From assembly GCA_963765205.1 (NCBI GenBank), contig CAVXVB010000007.1, positions 32,001 to 96,000 on the forward strand: 64,000 nucleotides of DNA, given 5' to 3'. Source of the DNA: an uncultured Verrucomicrobiae bacterium. Its GTDB lineage: Bacteria > Verrucomicrobiota > Verrucomicrobiia > Opitutales > JABDGR01. The notes under the pieces are model-generated. The model was not told where the DNA came from. It was given only the letters and a program-made list of their open reading frames with translations, and made no database searches. The first letter of the stretch is position 1. Every line of letters starts with the position of its first letter. Below are positions 1 to 9,589 of this stretch, piece by piece. The translations under genes were made by a program, and so were the position numbers.

Positions 1-2
1 TG

Positions 3-1160
3 GAAGACGGTATTCAACGAGGGGTGGTAATTATGGCGCGCGGCAAACTGGTCCAGGCTCCTTTTGTTTTTGATGCAGTTGTTGGGCAACAATACGCCTT
101 CTCTTATATTGTGGGTGAAATCCATGCAGAATTTGTTGACGCAGGCGAAGACACAATTAACACTGCAAGAAATAGCCTCGTCTGGGATACGCCAGCCAAT
201 GCGGCCCTTAAGGAATGGGGGATGCAAAAAGTGAATGAAACCGCTCGTTTATGGTCGGAGCGCAGACGACTAGACAACGAACGCAAACTCTCGGAGAATC
301 CACTATACAAAAAATTCACTCAGCAAGCAGACCAATACGGTGACAGGACTGTGAAGCGCATTGCCGATCGGCTCATCAAAAACGTCATCGCAGACAATCC
401 TATTGCAAATGAAGAATCACAGGAAAAGGCGGTGCAGATTTGCTTGGATTTTATGCAGTTCAACGCTTTTACCGAACTTGCCCGCGAAGTCAGTGACGCC
501 AAGGTCAACGATGTTGCACGCATTTTGGATTTGTTTAGAGAGTGGGAGGTTGTCGAAGCAAAGGAAATGATGCGTGTAACCGAAGGACGCATTAAAACAA
601 TCGAAAAGCTCGCTGAGCTTATCCGCACCAATGCATTGGAGGTGCCAACGTTGCACAACTTCCTCAAGGAATTTCCATGGGTGCTCGATCCACGCTGGAC
701 TCTTGTTGCGGATGAAAAACGATATAGCCAGCTTCTCAGAAAAGAGTTCCCGCAAGAAGCTGAATCGCTTGGTAACGACAGGCGCATTGATTTCTTATGC
801 GTGCGTGAAAGCACAAGCCTTGTGGTAGTTGAAATCAAACGACCTCAAGCTAAAGCTGGAGAGAAACAGCTTCGGCAAATTGAGAGCTACGTAAATTTTA
901 TGCGCAGCTATGTTAAACGGACTTCCGACCCGGATTTTCACTTTACTGACGTGATCGGTTACCTTCTGTGCGGCGATGTAGTTGACACAGCGCAGGTCAG
1001 AGGCGTACGGCAAAACTTGGAGCACGCAAAAATTTATGTGCGCAGATACAATGATTTGCTGCGTCTGGTAGAGGCCAATCACAAAGAATTCTTGTCTAGA
1101 TATGATGCGCTCCGAAAAGCGAAAGCTCGTCGTTCGGATGTAAAAACCAAATCAAAATAG
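3..1160 (+). CDS. C-terminal part of a probable GHKL/MORC-type ATPase fused to a PD-(D/E)xK nuclease (5' end outside window)
   Basis: Frame open from position 3; 'RIDFLC...VVVEIKRP...QIESYV' nuclease motif; 'LHNFLKEFPWVLDP' linker; lower GC; next to vsr. The ATPase domain itself is not visible and is inferred. Confidence 0.6.
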   Translation, partial: EDGIQRGVVIMARGKLVQAPFVFDAVVGQQYAFSYIVGEIHAEFVDAGEDTINTARNSLVWDTPANAALKEWGMQKVNETARLWSERRRLDNERKLSENPLYKKFTQQADQYGDRTVKRIADRLIKNVIADNPIANEESQEKAVQICLDFMQFNAFTELAREVSDAKVNDVARILDLFREWEVVEAKEMMRVTEGRIKTIEKLAELIRTNALEVPTLHNFLKEFPWVLDPRWTLVADEKRYSQLLRKEFPQEAESLGNDRRIDFLCVRESTSLVVVEIKRPQAKAGEKQLRQIESYVNFMRSYVKRTSDPDFHFTDVIGYLLCGDVVDTAQVRGVRQNLEHAKIYVRRYNDLLRLVEANHKEFLSRYDALRKAKARRSDVKTKSK

Positions 1161-1171
1161 GCCGATCTCGC

Positions 1172-1606
1172 GTGGTTGATGTTTTCATCCAGTCAAAACG
1201 TTCGGAAGTGATGTCCCGGATACGAGGACGCGACAATAAGTCGACTGAGCTTGTTGTGGCCGCGATGCTTCGTCATCACCACATTACTGGTTGGCGGCGA
1301 CGTTTTTGTCTCTTTGGACGGCCCGATTTCGTATTTCCCAAGCATCGACTTGCTGTTTTTGTCGATGGCTGCTTCTGGCACGGCTGCCCCAAGCATGGCA
1401 CGCAGCCAGCCAGTAATCGGGCGTTCTGGAGAAAGAAGCTGGCCAGGAATAAAGCCCGAGACCGGTTGGTCAATCGGGAACTCCGTAAACGCGGTTGGCA
1501 GGTATTGCGAATCTGGCAGCACGAGCTATTGCGAAAGAACGAAGCACGCTGTCTAAAGCGTATTCGGAAGGCTCTGGCCGCTGTGAGCGTGCGCCCTTCG
1601 CGCTGA
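1172..1606 (+). CDS. vsr: Very short patch repair endonuclease
   Basis: 'KRSEVMSRIRGRD', 'GRPDFVF', 'VFVDGCFWHGCP', 'RIWQHEL' motifs. Confidence 0.93.
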   Translation: MVDVFIQSKRSEVMSRIRGRDNKSTELVVAAMLRHHHITGWRRRFCLFGRPDFVFPKHRLAVFVDGCFWHGCPKHGTQPASNRAFWRKKLARNKARDRLVNRELRKRGWQVLRIWQHELLRKNEARCLKRIRKALAAVSVRPSR

Positions 1607-1607
1607 C

Positions 1608-1641
1608 TTTTATCCGTGCCCATCCGCGTTATCCGTGGTTC
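1608..1641. repeat. Degenerate 9-mer tandem module (ATCCGTGCC-like x3)
   Basis: tttatccgtgcccatccgcgttatccgtggtt. Confidence 0.7.
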
Positions 1642-1665
1642 AATAATTTTCCGGACTTGCCCACC

Positions 1666-2671
1666 ATGCCCTTCCCCATCCAAGCCCTGCGTTATGAACG
1701 GGACCGGATTGCCTGCGGAGGTGATTGAGGCTGTCGTGCTGGATTTGCCCGCGCCGGGGGCGGGGGAGGCGTTGGTCGCGCTGCGGTGCGCGGCGATTCA
1801 TTACTCGGACTTGGGCTTGATTAACGGCACTTACGGGAAGACGCGGAGTTTGCCGGCGGTCGCCGGGCGCGAGGCGGTCGGCGAGGTTGTCGCGCTGGGG
1901 CCGGGCGTCGCGGAGCCGGCCATCGGGGCGCTCGTGAGAATGCCGGAGGAGGCGGGGGTGTGGCGCGAGGCGGTCGTGGCGCGGGCGGCGGAGCTGTGCC
2001 CGATTCCGCCGGGCGTGCCGGTCGAGCAGGCGGCGCTGGCCTTCATCAACCCGCCGACGGCGTGGCGGCTGCTGCGCGACTTTGTCCCGCTCGAGCGGGG
2101 CGACTGGCTGGCGCAAAACGCCGGCACCTCGGCGGTCGGCGTGCTCGTCGCGCAACTGGCGCGGCATTTGGGCTATCACTGTCTCAGCGTGGTGCGCGAC
2201 GTTGCGGCGGCGGAAAAAGATTTGCGCGCGGCGGGCGCGGCGGCGGTCGTCGCGGAGGATTTGGGCTACGAAAAAGATCCCGCGCGGTGGACGGGCGGCG
2301 CGCCGGTCAAGCTGGCCTTGAACGCGGTGGGCGGCGAAAGCGTTGGCCGCCTGTGCCGGGCCGTCGCGCCCGGCGGCGTGGTGGTGACTTATGGCGGCGT
2401 GAGCGCGGAGCCGCTGCGCTTCCCGACGCGGTATTTGATTTTCAACGACATCCAGTTGCGCGGGTTCTGGCTCGACCGCTGGCTGCGCGCACAGCCGTCG
2501 GAAGTCGGGCACGCGATGATGGATGAATTTTTTCAACTGATGCGCGACGGCGTGCTGGCGCAGCCCGTCGCCGCGCGCTACCCGTTGCGCGAATGGCGCG
2601 CGGCGCTCGACCACGCCTTCCGCGCCGGCAAAGGCGGCAAGGTGCTGTTCGAGAGCCACTGGCGGCCGTAA
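1666..2671 (+). CDS. MDR-family 2-enoyl thioester reductase (MECR/Etr1-like); apparent +1 indel near 1700
   Basis: 'SDLGLINGTYG', 'INPPTAWRLL', 'QNAGTSAVG', 'VTYGG', 'IFNDIQLRGFW'. N-terminus MPFPIQALRYER (ATG 1666) is in a different frame. Confidence 0.85.
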
Positions 2672-2682
2672 AGGGTTAAGAA

Positions 2683-2783
2683 TTCACCGCCAAGGCGCGA
2701 AGAGCGCCAAGGGATTTTTTTTGACAGAATTTACAAAAATTGACAGAGCTTATTCTTGGCGTTCTTCGCGCCTTTGCGGTGAA
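2683..2783. repeat. About 100 bp palindromic MITE-like element with an internal GACAGAATT module
   Basis: Arms ttcaccgccaaggcgcgaagagcgccaag / cttggcgttcttcgcgcctttgcggtgaa; related single arms at about 38157-38186 and 55022-55050. Confidence 0.8.
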
Positions 2784-2801
2784 CCAAGCCGCCTCCGGCC
2801 C

Positions 2802-3320
2802 ATGTTCTCCACCCTCCCCGGCAAAATCACCGCGCGCTTCCAGGCGCCTGCCGCCGCGCCGCCGGGCCGCGCGACCCTGGTCCTGTTGATGACGGTGCTG
2901 CTCTTCGCGGTCGCCAACGCCTACCGCCATCCCCCCGCGCTGGTGGCCGGGCTGGATGAATCCACCGCCAAGGCCGTGCAGAACTCCCGTTACGTGGACG
3001 ATCTGTTCACCAAATACACCACCTGGCCCGCGCCGGGGAACCTCCTGCTGCGCTTCAAAGGCTACGACTATTCGCACGACGTCCTGCAACCCGCGTCCAC
3101 CTTCGAGTATATCCGCGCCTCCTACGCCGTGTATCCCAAGCGCGTTTACGTAGCGGATGACGCCACGCTCATCCCGCAGGCCGCGACCGGTGATCCTTTT
3201 CCCGCCTTTGACCCGGCGCCCGCCTGGCTCGACGCGCACCACGTCACGGGCCTCATCATCGTCGAGCAGACGGCCGACGGCGGCACGCGCTATTACCTGG
3301 TGCCGCGCACCAAGCCCTAA
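2802..3320 (+). CDS. Hypothetical membrane-anchored protein
   Basis: One hydrophobic segment; ends 5 nt before the next gene; typical codon usage. Confidence 0.65.
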   Translation: MFSTLPGKITARFQAPAAAPPGRATLVLLMTVLLFAVANAYRHPPALVAGLDESTAKAVQNSRYVDDLFTKYTTWPAPGNLLLRFKGYDYSHDVLQPASTFEYIRASYAVYPKRVYVADDATLIPQAATGDPFPAFDPAPAWLDAHHVTGLIIVEQTADGGTRYYLVPRTKP

Positions 3321-3325
3321 CCGCC

Positions 3326-4717
3326 ATGCCCTTGCTCTGCACCGCCGCCTACCTCGGCCTCTTGTTGCTGGCCGGCTATGTTTTGCTGAGCCTTTTGCTG
3401 GGCCGCGCGCAACGGCGCCTGGTGGAAATCGTCGCCCTCTCCGGGATGCTCGGCGGCGCGGCGCTGCCGTTTTTGCTGTTCTGGCTCTCGCTGGCGGGCG
3501 TGCCACCCAGCCGTGCCGCGCTCGCGCTCATTTTTCTGGCCGCTCTGGCCGCGCTTTATCCCCTTTGGCGCTGGCGCGGGCTGGTCACGCCCACCCGGTC
3601 GGCGCCCCGGCTGGCGAAGGCGGACTGGCTGCTGGCGCCCTCGTTTATCCTGGCCGGCTGGTCGCTCTACACGGTCACCGCCCTCGCCTACAAATATCCG
3701 CTGGTGGAATGGGACGCCGTATCCACCTGGGGCTTCAAGGCGAAAGTGCTGAGCCTTGCCGCGATGCCCAACCTCGGCGATTATTTCCATGATTACTCGC
3801 TGAACTTTTCACACCTTGATTATCCCCTGCTGGTGCCCTTTCTGACGGCGGGCGAATATGCCGCCCTTGGGGAAGTGAACGACATCGCCGGCAAGAGCGG
3901 GGTGCTGTTTTTGTTCTGGTGCTACGCGTTGTTTATTTACGCGGCGGTGCGCCCGATGCTGCCCCGCTGCGCGGCCGGGGCCGTGGCCGCGCTGGCCGTG
4001 AGCGCGCCTGTGGTATTGCGCTGGGCCGCGCCGGGCACCGCCGACATGCCGCTGGCGATTTTCTATGCCGGCAGCGCCTATTACCTCACCCGCTGGATTG
4101 TTGGTGGCGCGGCGGGTGACGCCTGGCTGGCCGACATTTTCAGCGCTGCGTGTTTCTTCACCAAGAATGAAGGCATCGCGCTGGCCATCATCAACCTCGT
4201 GGTCGCTGCGGCCCTCGGTTGGAAAAGCCGCCCGCGCCCGCGCTACTTTCGCGAACTGGGCGGGCCCGCTCTTGTTGGCCTGCTCGTCCTGATGCCGTGG
4301 ATTATTTTCCGCCATTCGCTGCCGCACATTGACGAGAATTATCCCGGCCACCTGACGCCCGCTAACATCACGGCCAATCTCGGGCGCGTGCCCTTGCTGC
4401 TCGGGCGTTTTTATAATTGGATGTTCCTCGATCCTGACAGCAATTACTTTTGGCAACTCGCCCTCGGCGCGCTCGTCATCGGCCTCTGCACGCGCGCCTC
4501 CGCGGCGGCCTATGTTTTGCTCCTGCTATTGCTCGCGCAACTCGCGGCCTACCTCCTCGCCTACGTTATCACCCCGCTGCCGCTGGACGATTTGGTCTTC
4601 GTGACGTTGAAGCGACTCTTGCTCCACGCCCTGCCCGTGGCCGTTTTCATTTTCGCCTTCAGCTTCTCCAAAATTTTGCCCAGCGCTGAGACACCGCCGC
4701 CGCCCGCTACGGGGTGA
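3326..4717 (+). CDS. Polytopic GT-C-fold (PMT/ArnT-like) glycosyltransferase
   Basis: Many TM helices; 'WDAVSTWGFKAK', 'HLDYPLLVP', 'ADMPLA', 'TKNEG' motifs. Confidence 0.7.
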   Translation: MPLLCTAAYLGLLLLAGYVLLSLLLGRAQRRLVEIVALSGMLGGAALPFLLFWLSLAGVPPSRAALALIFLAALAALYPLWRWRGLVTPTRSAPRLAKADWLLAPSFILAGWSLYTVTALAYKYPLVEWDAVSTWGFKAKVLSLAAMPNLGDYFHDYSLNFSHLDYPLLVPFLTAGEYAALGEVNDIAGKSGVLFLFWCYALFIYAAVRPMLPRCAAGAVAALAVSAPVVLRWAAPGTADMPLAIFYAGSAYYLTRWIVGGAAGDAWLADIFSAACFFTKNEGIALAIINLVVAAALGWKSRPRPRYFRELGGPALVGLLVLMPWIIFRHSLPHIDENYPGHLTPANITANLGRVPLLLGRFYNWMFLDPDSNYFWQLALGALVIGLCTRASAAAYVLLLLLLAQLAAYLLAYVITPLPLDDLVFVTLKRLLLHALPVAVFIFAFSFSKILPSAETPPPPATG

Positions 4718-4732
4718 AACGGTCCGCCTCCT

Positions 4733-5206
4733 TCACGCCTTTCCGCACTGCGGGCACACCCCGTAAAATTGCAGTTCGTGGTAAACCTCGCGGAAGCCGG
4801 TGCGCCGGCCTACTGCGCGCTCCAGCTTTTCCACCGGGCATTTCATCGGGAGCGCCGCGACATCACCACATTCGCGGCAGACGACGTAATCGTGGTGGTG
4901 GGCGCGATGCAAAGCGAAGTGCGCAGCGCGCTCGTGCAGGCCGATGCGTCGCACCAGCCCGATGGCCTCCAGGCGCTGCAGCAGGCGGTAGAGCGTGGCC
5001 GGGTCGCACGCGCCGCGGATGCCGCGCGCCTGCTGCAAATCGCCGATGCTCACCGGCTCGTCCCGCCCGTGCAGCACGGCGAGGACGCGCTCGAGTAGAT
5101 GTGTGCGCCGCAATCCGGCCGCGCGGCAGGCCGCCAAGAGCGCGGCGGGGGTGCCCGGCGGGCCGGGCGAAGATCCGCCGGATTCAGATTTATGCGCGTG
5201 CGCCAT
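4733..5206 (-). CDS. Fur-family transcriptional regulator
   Basis: 'ATLYRLLQRLE', 'HHHDYVVCRECG', C-terminal 'YGVCPQC'. Confidence 0.9.
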   Translation of the reverse strand: MAHAHKSESGGSSPGPPGTPAALLAACRAAGLRRTHLLERVLAVLHGRDEPVSIGDLQQARGIRGACDPATLYRLLQRLEAIGLVRRIGLHERAAHFALHRAHHHDYVVCRECGDVAALPMKCPVEKLERAVGRRTGFREVYHELQFYGVCPQCGKA

Positions 5207-5247
5207 GGGCGCATTCTAGCACAACGCGCCGCGCAAAAAAGATTAAA

Positions 5248-6084
5248 TCACCGGACGCGATTGGCACCGGCGCGCGGGCCAGCGGCGGTGGTGCCGCCCC
5301 CCCTGGCCCATTCCTCGTCCCAATTGCCCTGCTTAAAAATATCCGCCGAGGAGCACCATTCCTGGATGAGAAAATTATTGCTGTCATACACGCGCAGCCA
5401 AATGGCGGTAAGCTGGTCGGTCTCCGCGTGGGCGTTGGGCGCGGTGGGGAAATACGCGCCGCGGGCCTGAAAGGCCTGCATGTCCAGTTGGTCGGTCAGG
5501 ATGCTCTTGGTCGCCGAGGCGCCCGCTTCGTCCACCGGCAGGGTCTGGGAATGCAGTTCGAGGGCGAGGTTGTAGTTGCCGGAAATATCCGGCACGAGCG
5601 GCGTCTTGAACACCACGCAGCGCACGCGCAGGTTCGTGAACTTCATGATGGTTTCGTTTTTCAAATTGATTTTGTAGGCCGCCTTCCAACTGACCCGCAC
5701 GCCATTGGTGATGTTGGTCGTGGCCTCGCCCGCATTGACAGGGAAGGCGGTGATGGTGAAGACCGGATGGCCGCGGGCGACCCGTTGCTGGATTTGGCTT
5801 TCGAGTATGTAGGCTTGGTCGGCGGCGCTGAAGTAGGCCAGGGGTTCGCTCCACGAGTGACCGTCCGCGCGCTGTAAATTTACATTGTCGCCGCCGATGC
5901 TCACCACTGTCGCCTGCACCGGGTTGCCCTGCGGATCCGTGAAGGTATGCAACTCCGACGTGACTGCCGCGCTCGCACCAGGTGCCGCCGGCGAGTTGGA
6001 GGTGAGCCAAACGGCCAGCGCCAAGGCCGCGCCCAGCCGCCAAAGACAATGGCCATTCCTGCGCTGCGGGCGGGTCCGGGGCAT
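5248..6084 (-). CDS. Secreted SHD1-like domain protein (paralog 2)
   Basis: Signal peptide; 'HTFTDPQG...LQRADG...FSAADQAYI'. Confidence 0.7.
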   Translation of the reverse strand: MPRTRPQRRNGHCLWRLGAALALAVWLTSNSPAAPGASAAVTSELHTFTDPQGNPVQATVVSIGGDNVNLQRADGHSWSEPLAYFSAADQAYILESQIQQRVARGHPVFTITAFPVNAGEATTNITNGVRVSWKAAYKINLKNETIMKFTNLRVRCVVFKTPLVPDISGNYNLALELHSQTLPVDEAGASATKSILTDQLDMQAFQARGAYFPTAPNAHAETDQLTAIWLRVYDSNNFLIQEWCSSADIFKQGNWDEEWARGGGTTAAGPRAGANRVR

Positions 6085-6170
6085 GCGCGCCAAACTACTC
6101 TTTCCGGTCCGCTTCGTAAAGGGGAAATGTTGCCTGGGTGGCGGCGGAATCCGCCCCGCCCGCCCACCGG

Positions 6171-6917
6171 CTACTTGCCGTTTGTCGCTCCAAGGTTTGC
6201 TGCCTCGGTGATTTCTCGGCCCGACGCATCCACATTGGTAATCAAATTGCCCTTGTCCCAACTCTCAAATTGCAGGATGTCAGGCGTCGAACAATATTCC
6301 TGCACGATGCTGCCGTCACTGCTGTAAATCCGCACCCAGATGGCCAGCGGCGCGTCGCGGTTCGTCAAGGGAATGGAATTAAAAGTAATCGTCCCATTCG
6401 GGGAAATGGGCTTAAGGGTGCTTTGCCCGGTGAGGCGCGGCAAGGGGAACTGGACGATTTTGCCGCCGGTGCCCGGGAGCCGGAAGAGAACATAGCTCGC
6501 GGTCAACCCCGTCAATGATTTGGTGCTGAGATTCTTTAAGGACAGCTTGAAACTTTGCGGGCCACCCTGCCGTGCTGCGCCGACGGCGCGGTTGGGCGTC
6601 GCAGAAATCTGCAGCGCGCTCGCAGCCAGTAGATCCGCCTGGCTCTGGGCTTTGGCCCATTGCAAAATATAGGCCTGATCCGCCGCGGCAAAATCGGAAA
6701 TTTTCGTATGGATGGTATAGCCGGCCCCGTTCACCAGATACACATCCGGATTGGCGACGCGCAATAGGTTGGCTTGCAGCGTGCGGCCCAGATTATCCGT
6801 GAAAGTATGCGGCGGAGGGGTCACATCCGTAGCCGCCGCCCATCCGCTCTGATTCAAAAAAATAACCACCACGAACACACCTAGCCACGAGCCAGCCCGA
6901 TGCAGTAAGATGTGCAT
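6171..6917 (-). CDS. Secreted SHD1-like domain protein (paralog 1)
   Basis: Signal peptide; 'HTFTDNLGRTLQA...FAAADQAYILQW'; shares C-terminal 'AIWxRxY...QExCS..DI...WD' with its neighbour. Confidence 0.7.
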   Translation of the reverse strand: MHILLHRAGSWLGVFVVVIFLNQSGWAAATDVTPPPHTFTDNLGRTLQANLLRVANPDVYLVNGAGYTIHTKISDFAAADQAYILQWAKAQSQADLLAASALQISATPNRAVGAARQGGPQSFKLSLKNLSTKSLTGLTASYVLFRLPGTGGKIVQFPLPRLTGQSTLKPISPNGTITFNSIPLTNRDAPLAIWVRIYSSDGSIVQEYCSTPDILQFESWDKGNLITNVDASGREITEAANLGATNGK

Positions 6918-7486
6918 CTTCCACCGCCGCTTGTTAGCGGCGTGAAGGTTACATAGGGCCTTCATTGGGGATGGGTATTTATTATCAACACGCTTTCTGG
7001 ATGATAACCGGGTGGTTGAGGCGTGTTGGTTTGAGTCTGATACTAGCGGTCACCTGTTTTTTTGCAATAAAAGTTTCACCCTAGAAAGGGGGGGGGGGGA
7101 ACCCTGTAGTTCGATCGGTGCAGAGTTTGAGGTTCCCTCACGATTTTTTCGTGGTGCGGTAGCGGCGCTCTTTTTTAAGCTCGGCTTACTTATTCTCATT
7201 CAGTAGTTTACAAAATCCTGACGCCGGCCAGTCTGCCCAAGCGGATGAGCGGCGAGCAATTTTTAAGTACAAGGACTGGCTTCCCATGAGGATGCCACCA
7301 CAGAAATAGATAACGTGGCCAACAGGCAGGAACGATCCATCCTGGAACAGGGTGCATTTCGTGATGCTGAGCTGCTCAGGCGCTGCAAAGGGGAGGATGG
7401 TGAGGCCATATGGGCCAAGGTTTCGCACCCGCAAAATTTTTCGAGTCGCGCATTGTTTTGGATTATGCATAAAGTGGCCTACCCCC

Positions 7487-9430
7487 ATGAGCGACCAAAG
7501 ACCCCAAATCATTTTTCTGGCCAATGGGCTGAACGGGGGCGGCGCGGAACGGTCTTTATTGGAGATTTTTCACGCGGTGGACAGGCAGCGCTTCAATCCG
7601 GTCCTGTGGCGACTGGGCCCGTTGAATATGTATCCGGAATATTTGACGCCAGCCGACTCAACGGAAGTCCTGCCGAAGTTGCCGAAGGACCCCGAAACGA
7701 CCGCCCGCGTGAAACACATTGGCGCCATGCTCCCGCCCCACCTGCTGAAGGCCGAGGTGCATGAACTGGTGGCCGATGCCCTCCGGATTTTTGACCGGTT
7801 GCAGCCGGTGGTGCGGGCGGCGGCCAGCCCCGTCATCCTGGTCAGTTCCCAATCGAGCATGAATATCCGCGCCGCCATCCTGCAATGGCTGTGCGCCCAC
7901 CGCGTGCCAGTCGTCTACATCGAACAGAACGAGCCCTATGTTCGATATTTAATTGGCGAGAGTAACAAAGCGAGAACACTGCATTGGACCCGGATCCGCG
8001 AAACTTATCCACAAGCGACCTGCGTGGTGGCCGTCTCGCGCGCGGTGAAAGCCAGCCTGCAGGACCGCTTTGGGATTGCCCCCCAGCGGATCGCCGTCAT
8101 CCCCAACCCGGTCAACCTCGAAAAATTGCGGACCGCGCGGTCCACCCCACGCCCCCCACATCCCTTTTATCACGCCAACAGCCCGGTGGTGATTTGCGTG
8201 GCCCGCTTCTCCCCCCAGAAGAATCACCAGATGCTGCTCCGCAGCCTGGCGCTGGCCAGGAAGGAACTTCCCCTGAAGCTCATCTTGCTGGGCCATGGCG
8301 AACTGAAGGACGCCATCCAACGATCCATTCGGGAAATGGGCCTGGACGAGGCGGTGGCCTTGGTGGATTTTCACCCGGAGCCGTTTTCCTTGATTGCCCA
8401 TGCTGATGTGCTGGCGCTGGCTTCCTATTGTGAGGGACACCCCTTGGCCCTGCTGGAAGCCCTGGCCTGCGGCGTGCCGGTGGTGTCCACGAATTGGGCG
8501 GGCGCCCGCGAAATCATTGACGACGGCGCCAACGGGGTGATTTGCGACATGAACGATCACGCCCTGGCCGCCGGCCTCCTGGCCGGCCTCCACCTGGCCA
8601 AGTCGTCGGCCACCTCGGCCGTGGCGCAGGCCTCCGTGGAACGATTTGCCGTCTCCACGATTGCCCGAAAATATGAAAGCCTCTTCGAAAAGATTATCCG
8701 CGAGGACACGCCCGGCCCATCCTTCACGGAGGCGCCGACGCCCTGCTGCCGGCTCGAGATTCTGGCCTTATATTACAACGTCCCCCATTCGGTCATTGCG
8801 GAACTGGCCCGCCTGCCCCACGATCAGCGCAAGGAACGGTGCTGGCGCCAGGGAATTGATCCGCACATCTTTCGCACCATGCTGGATTATACCCGTTATC
8901 CCGAGGCGGCCCGCATTTACCGGGAGTTGGTCGCGCTGGGCGAAGTGGTCGGGCAGTTGGCGGTTTTGGATTTTGGCTGCCTGGTCGCGGACTATGCCCT
9001 GTATTTTGCGAGGCTGGGGGCCACGCTTGCCATCTACGACACGGCTGAAGCGACGAATTTCGCCCTTTTTCGATTCACCTTGGAAAAGCTCCGGACGCAA
9101 GCGTTCACGATTCCTACCGATTATGGCGCCATGATGGCCGGCCGGGATCTGGTCATTTTTGGCGAAGTCCTCGAACACATGGAAAACCCGCTGGCGGCTC
9201 TGCAGGCCTGCGCCGCCCAGTCCGTGAAATACATTTTCACCTCCTGTTTTCCCTTCGGCAATGAGAAATACTTTTCCTTGAGCGGGCATTCCAAGGCCGC
9301 CCAAGCCCAGCAGCCCGCCTGCGTGGAATTGCTGAACGCGCACTACGAAAACCGGCCGTTGCGCCAGCGCGCGGTCCTTTGGCGGCGAAAGCAGGATATC
9401 GCCCCGCAGGCGACCCAGAGTGCCGGCTAA
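7487..9430 (+). CDS. GT4-family glycosyltransferase fused to a class I SAM-methyltransferase-like domain
   Basis: 'GGGAER', 'VARFSPQKNH', 'EGHPLALLEALACG'; C-terminal 'VLDFGC' and 'EVLEHMENP'. Confidence 0.85.
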   Translation: MSDQRPQIIFLANGLNGGGAERSLLEIFHAVDRQRFNPVLWRLGPLNMYPEYLTPADSTEVLPKLPKDPETTARVKHIGAMLPPHLLKAEVHELVADALRIFDRLQPVVRAAASPVILVSSQSSMNIRAAILQWLCAHRVPVVYIEQNEPYVRYLIGESNKARTLHWTRIRETYPQATCVVAVSRAVKASLQDRFGIAPQRIAVIPNPVNLEKLRTARSTPRPPHPFYHANSPVVICVARFSPQKNHQMLLRSLALARKELPLKLILLGHGELKDAIQRSIREMGLDEAVALVDFHPEPFSLIAHADVLALASYCEGHPLALLEALACGVPVVSTNWAGAREIIDDGANGVICDMNDHALAAGLLAGLHLAKSSATSAVAQASVERFAVSTIARKYESLFEKIIREDTPGPSFTEAPTPCCRLEILALYYNVPHSVIAELARLPHDQRKERCWRQGIDPHIFRTMLDYTRYPEAARIYRELVALGEVVGQLAVLDFGCLVADYALYFARLGATLAIYDTAEATNFALFRFTLEKLRTQAFTIPTDYGAMMAGRDLVIFGEVLEHMENPLAALQACAAQSVKYIFTSCFPFGNEKYFSLSGHSKAAQAQQPACVELLNAHYENRPLRQRAVLWRRKQDIAPQATQSAG

Positions 9431-9589
9431 ACCCCGCGCGGCGAATGAAGCGCACCATCTATCCTGCAACGGCTAGTAGATTGCCGGGCTTGCTTTTTGC
9501 CCCAAAACATGTTTTTTTAACCATTCCGTGCTAAGCGATTGTTAATAAGTCGTTAAAACACAGCCATCAACCAACCCTCCCGCCACGCC

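Noticed and set aside
7186..7524. Small ORFs in the 6965-7480 spacer
   Set aside because: No motifs, atypical codon usage, and they overlap probable promoter DNA.
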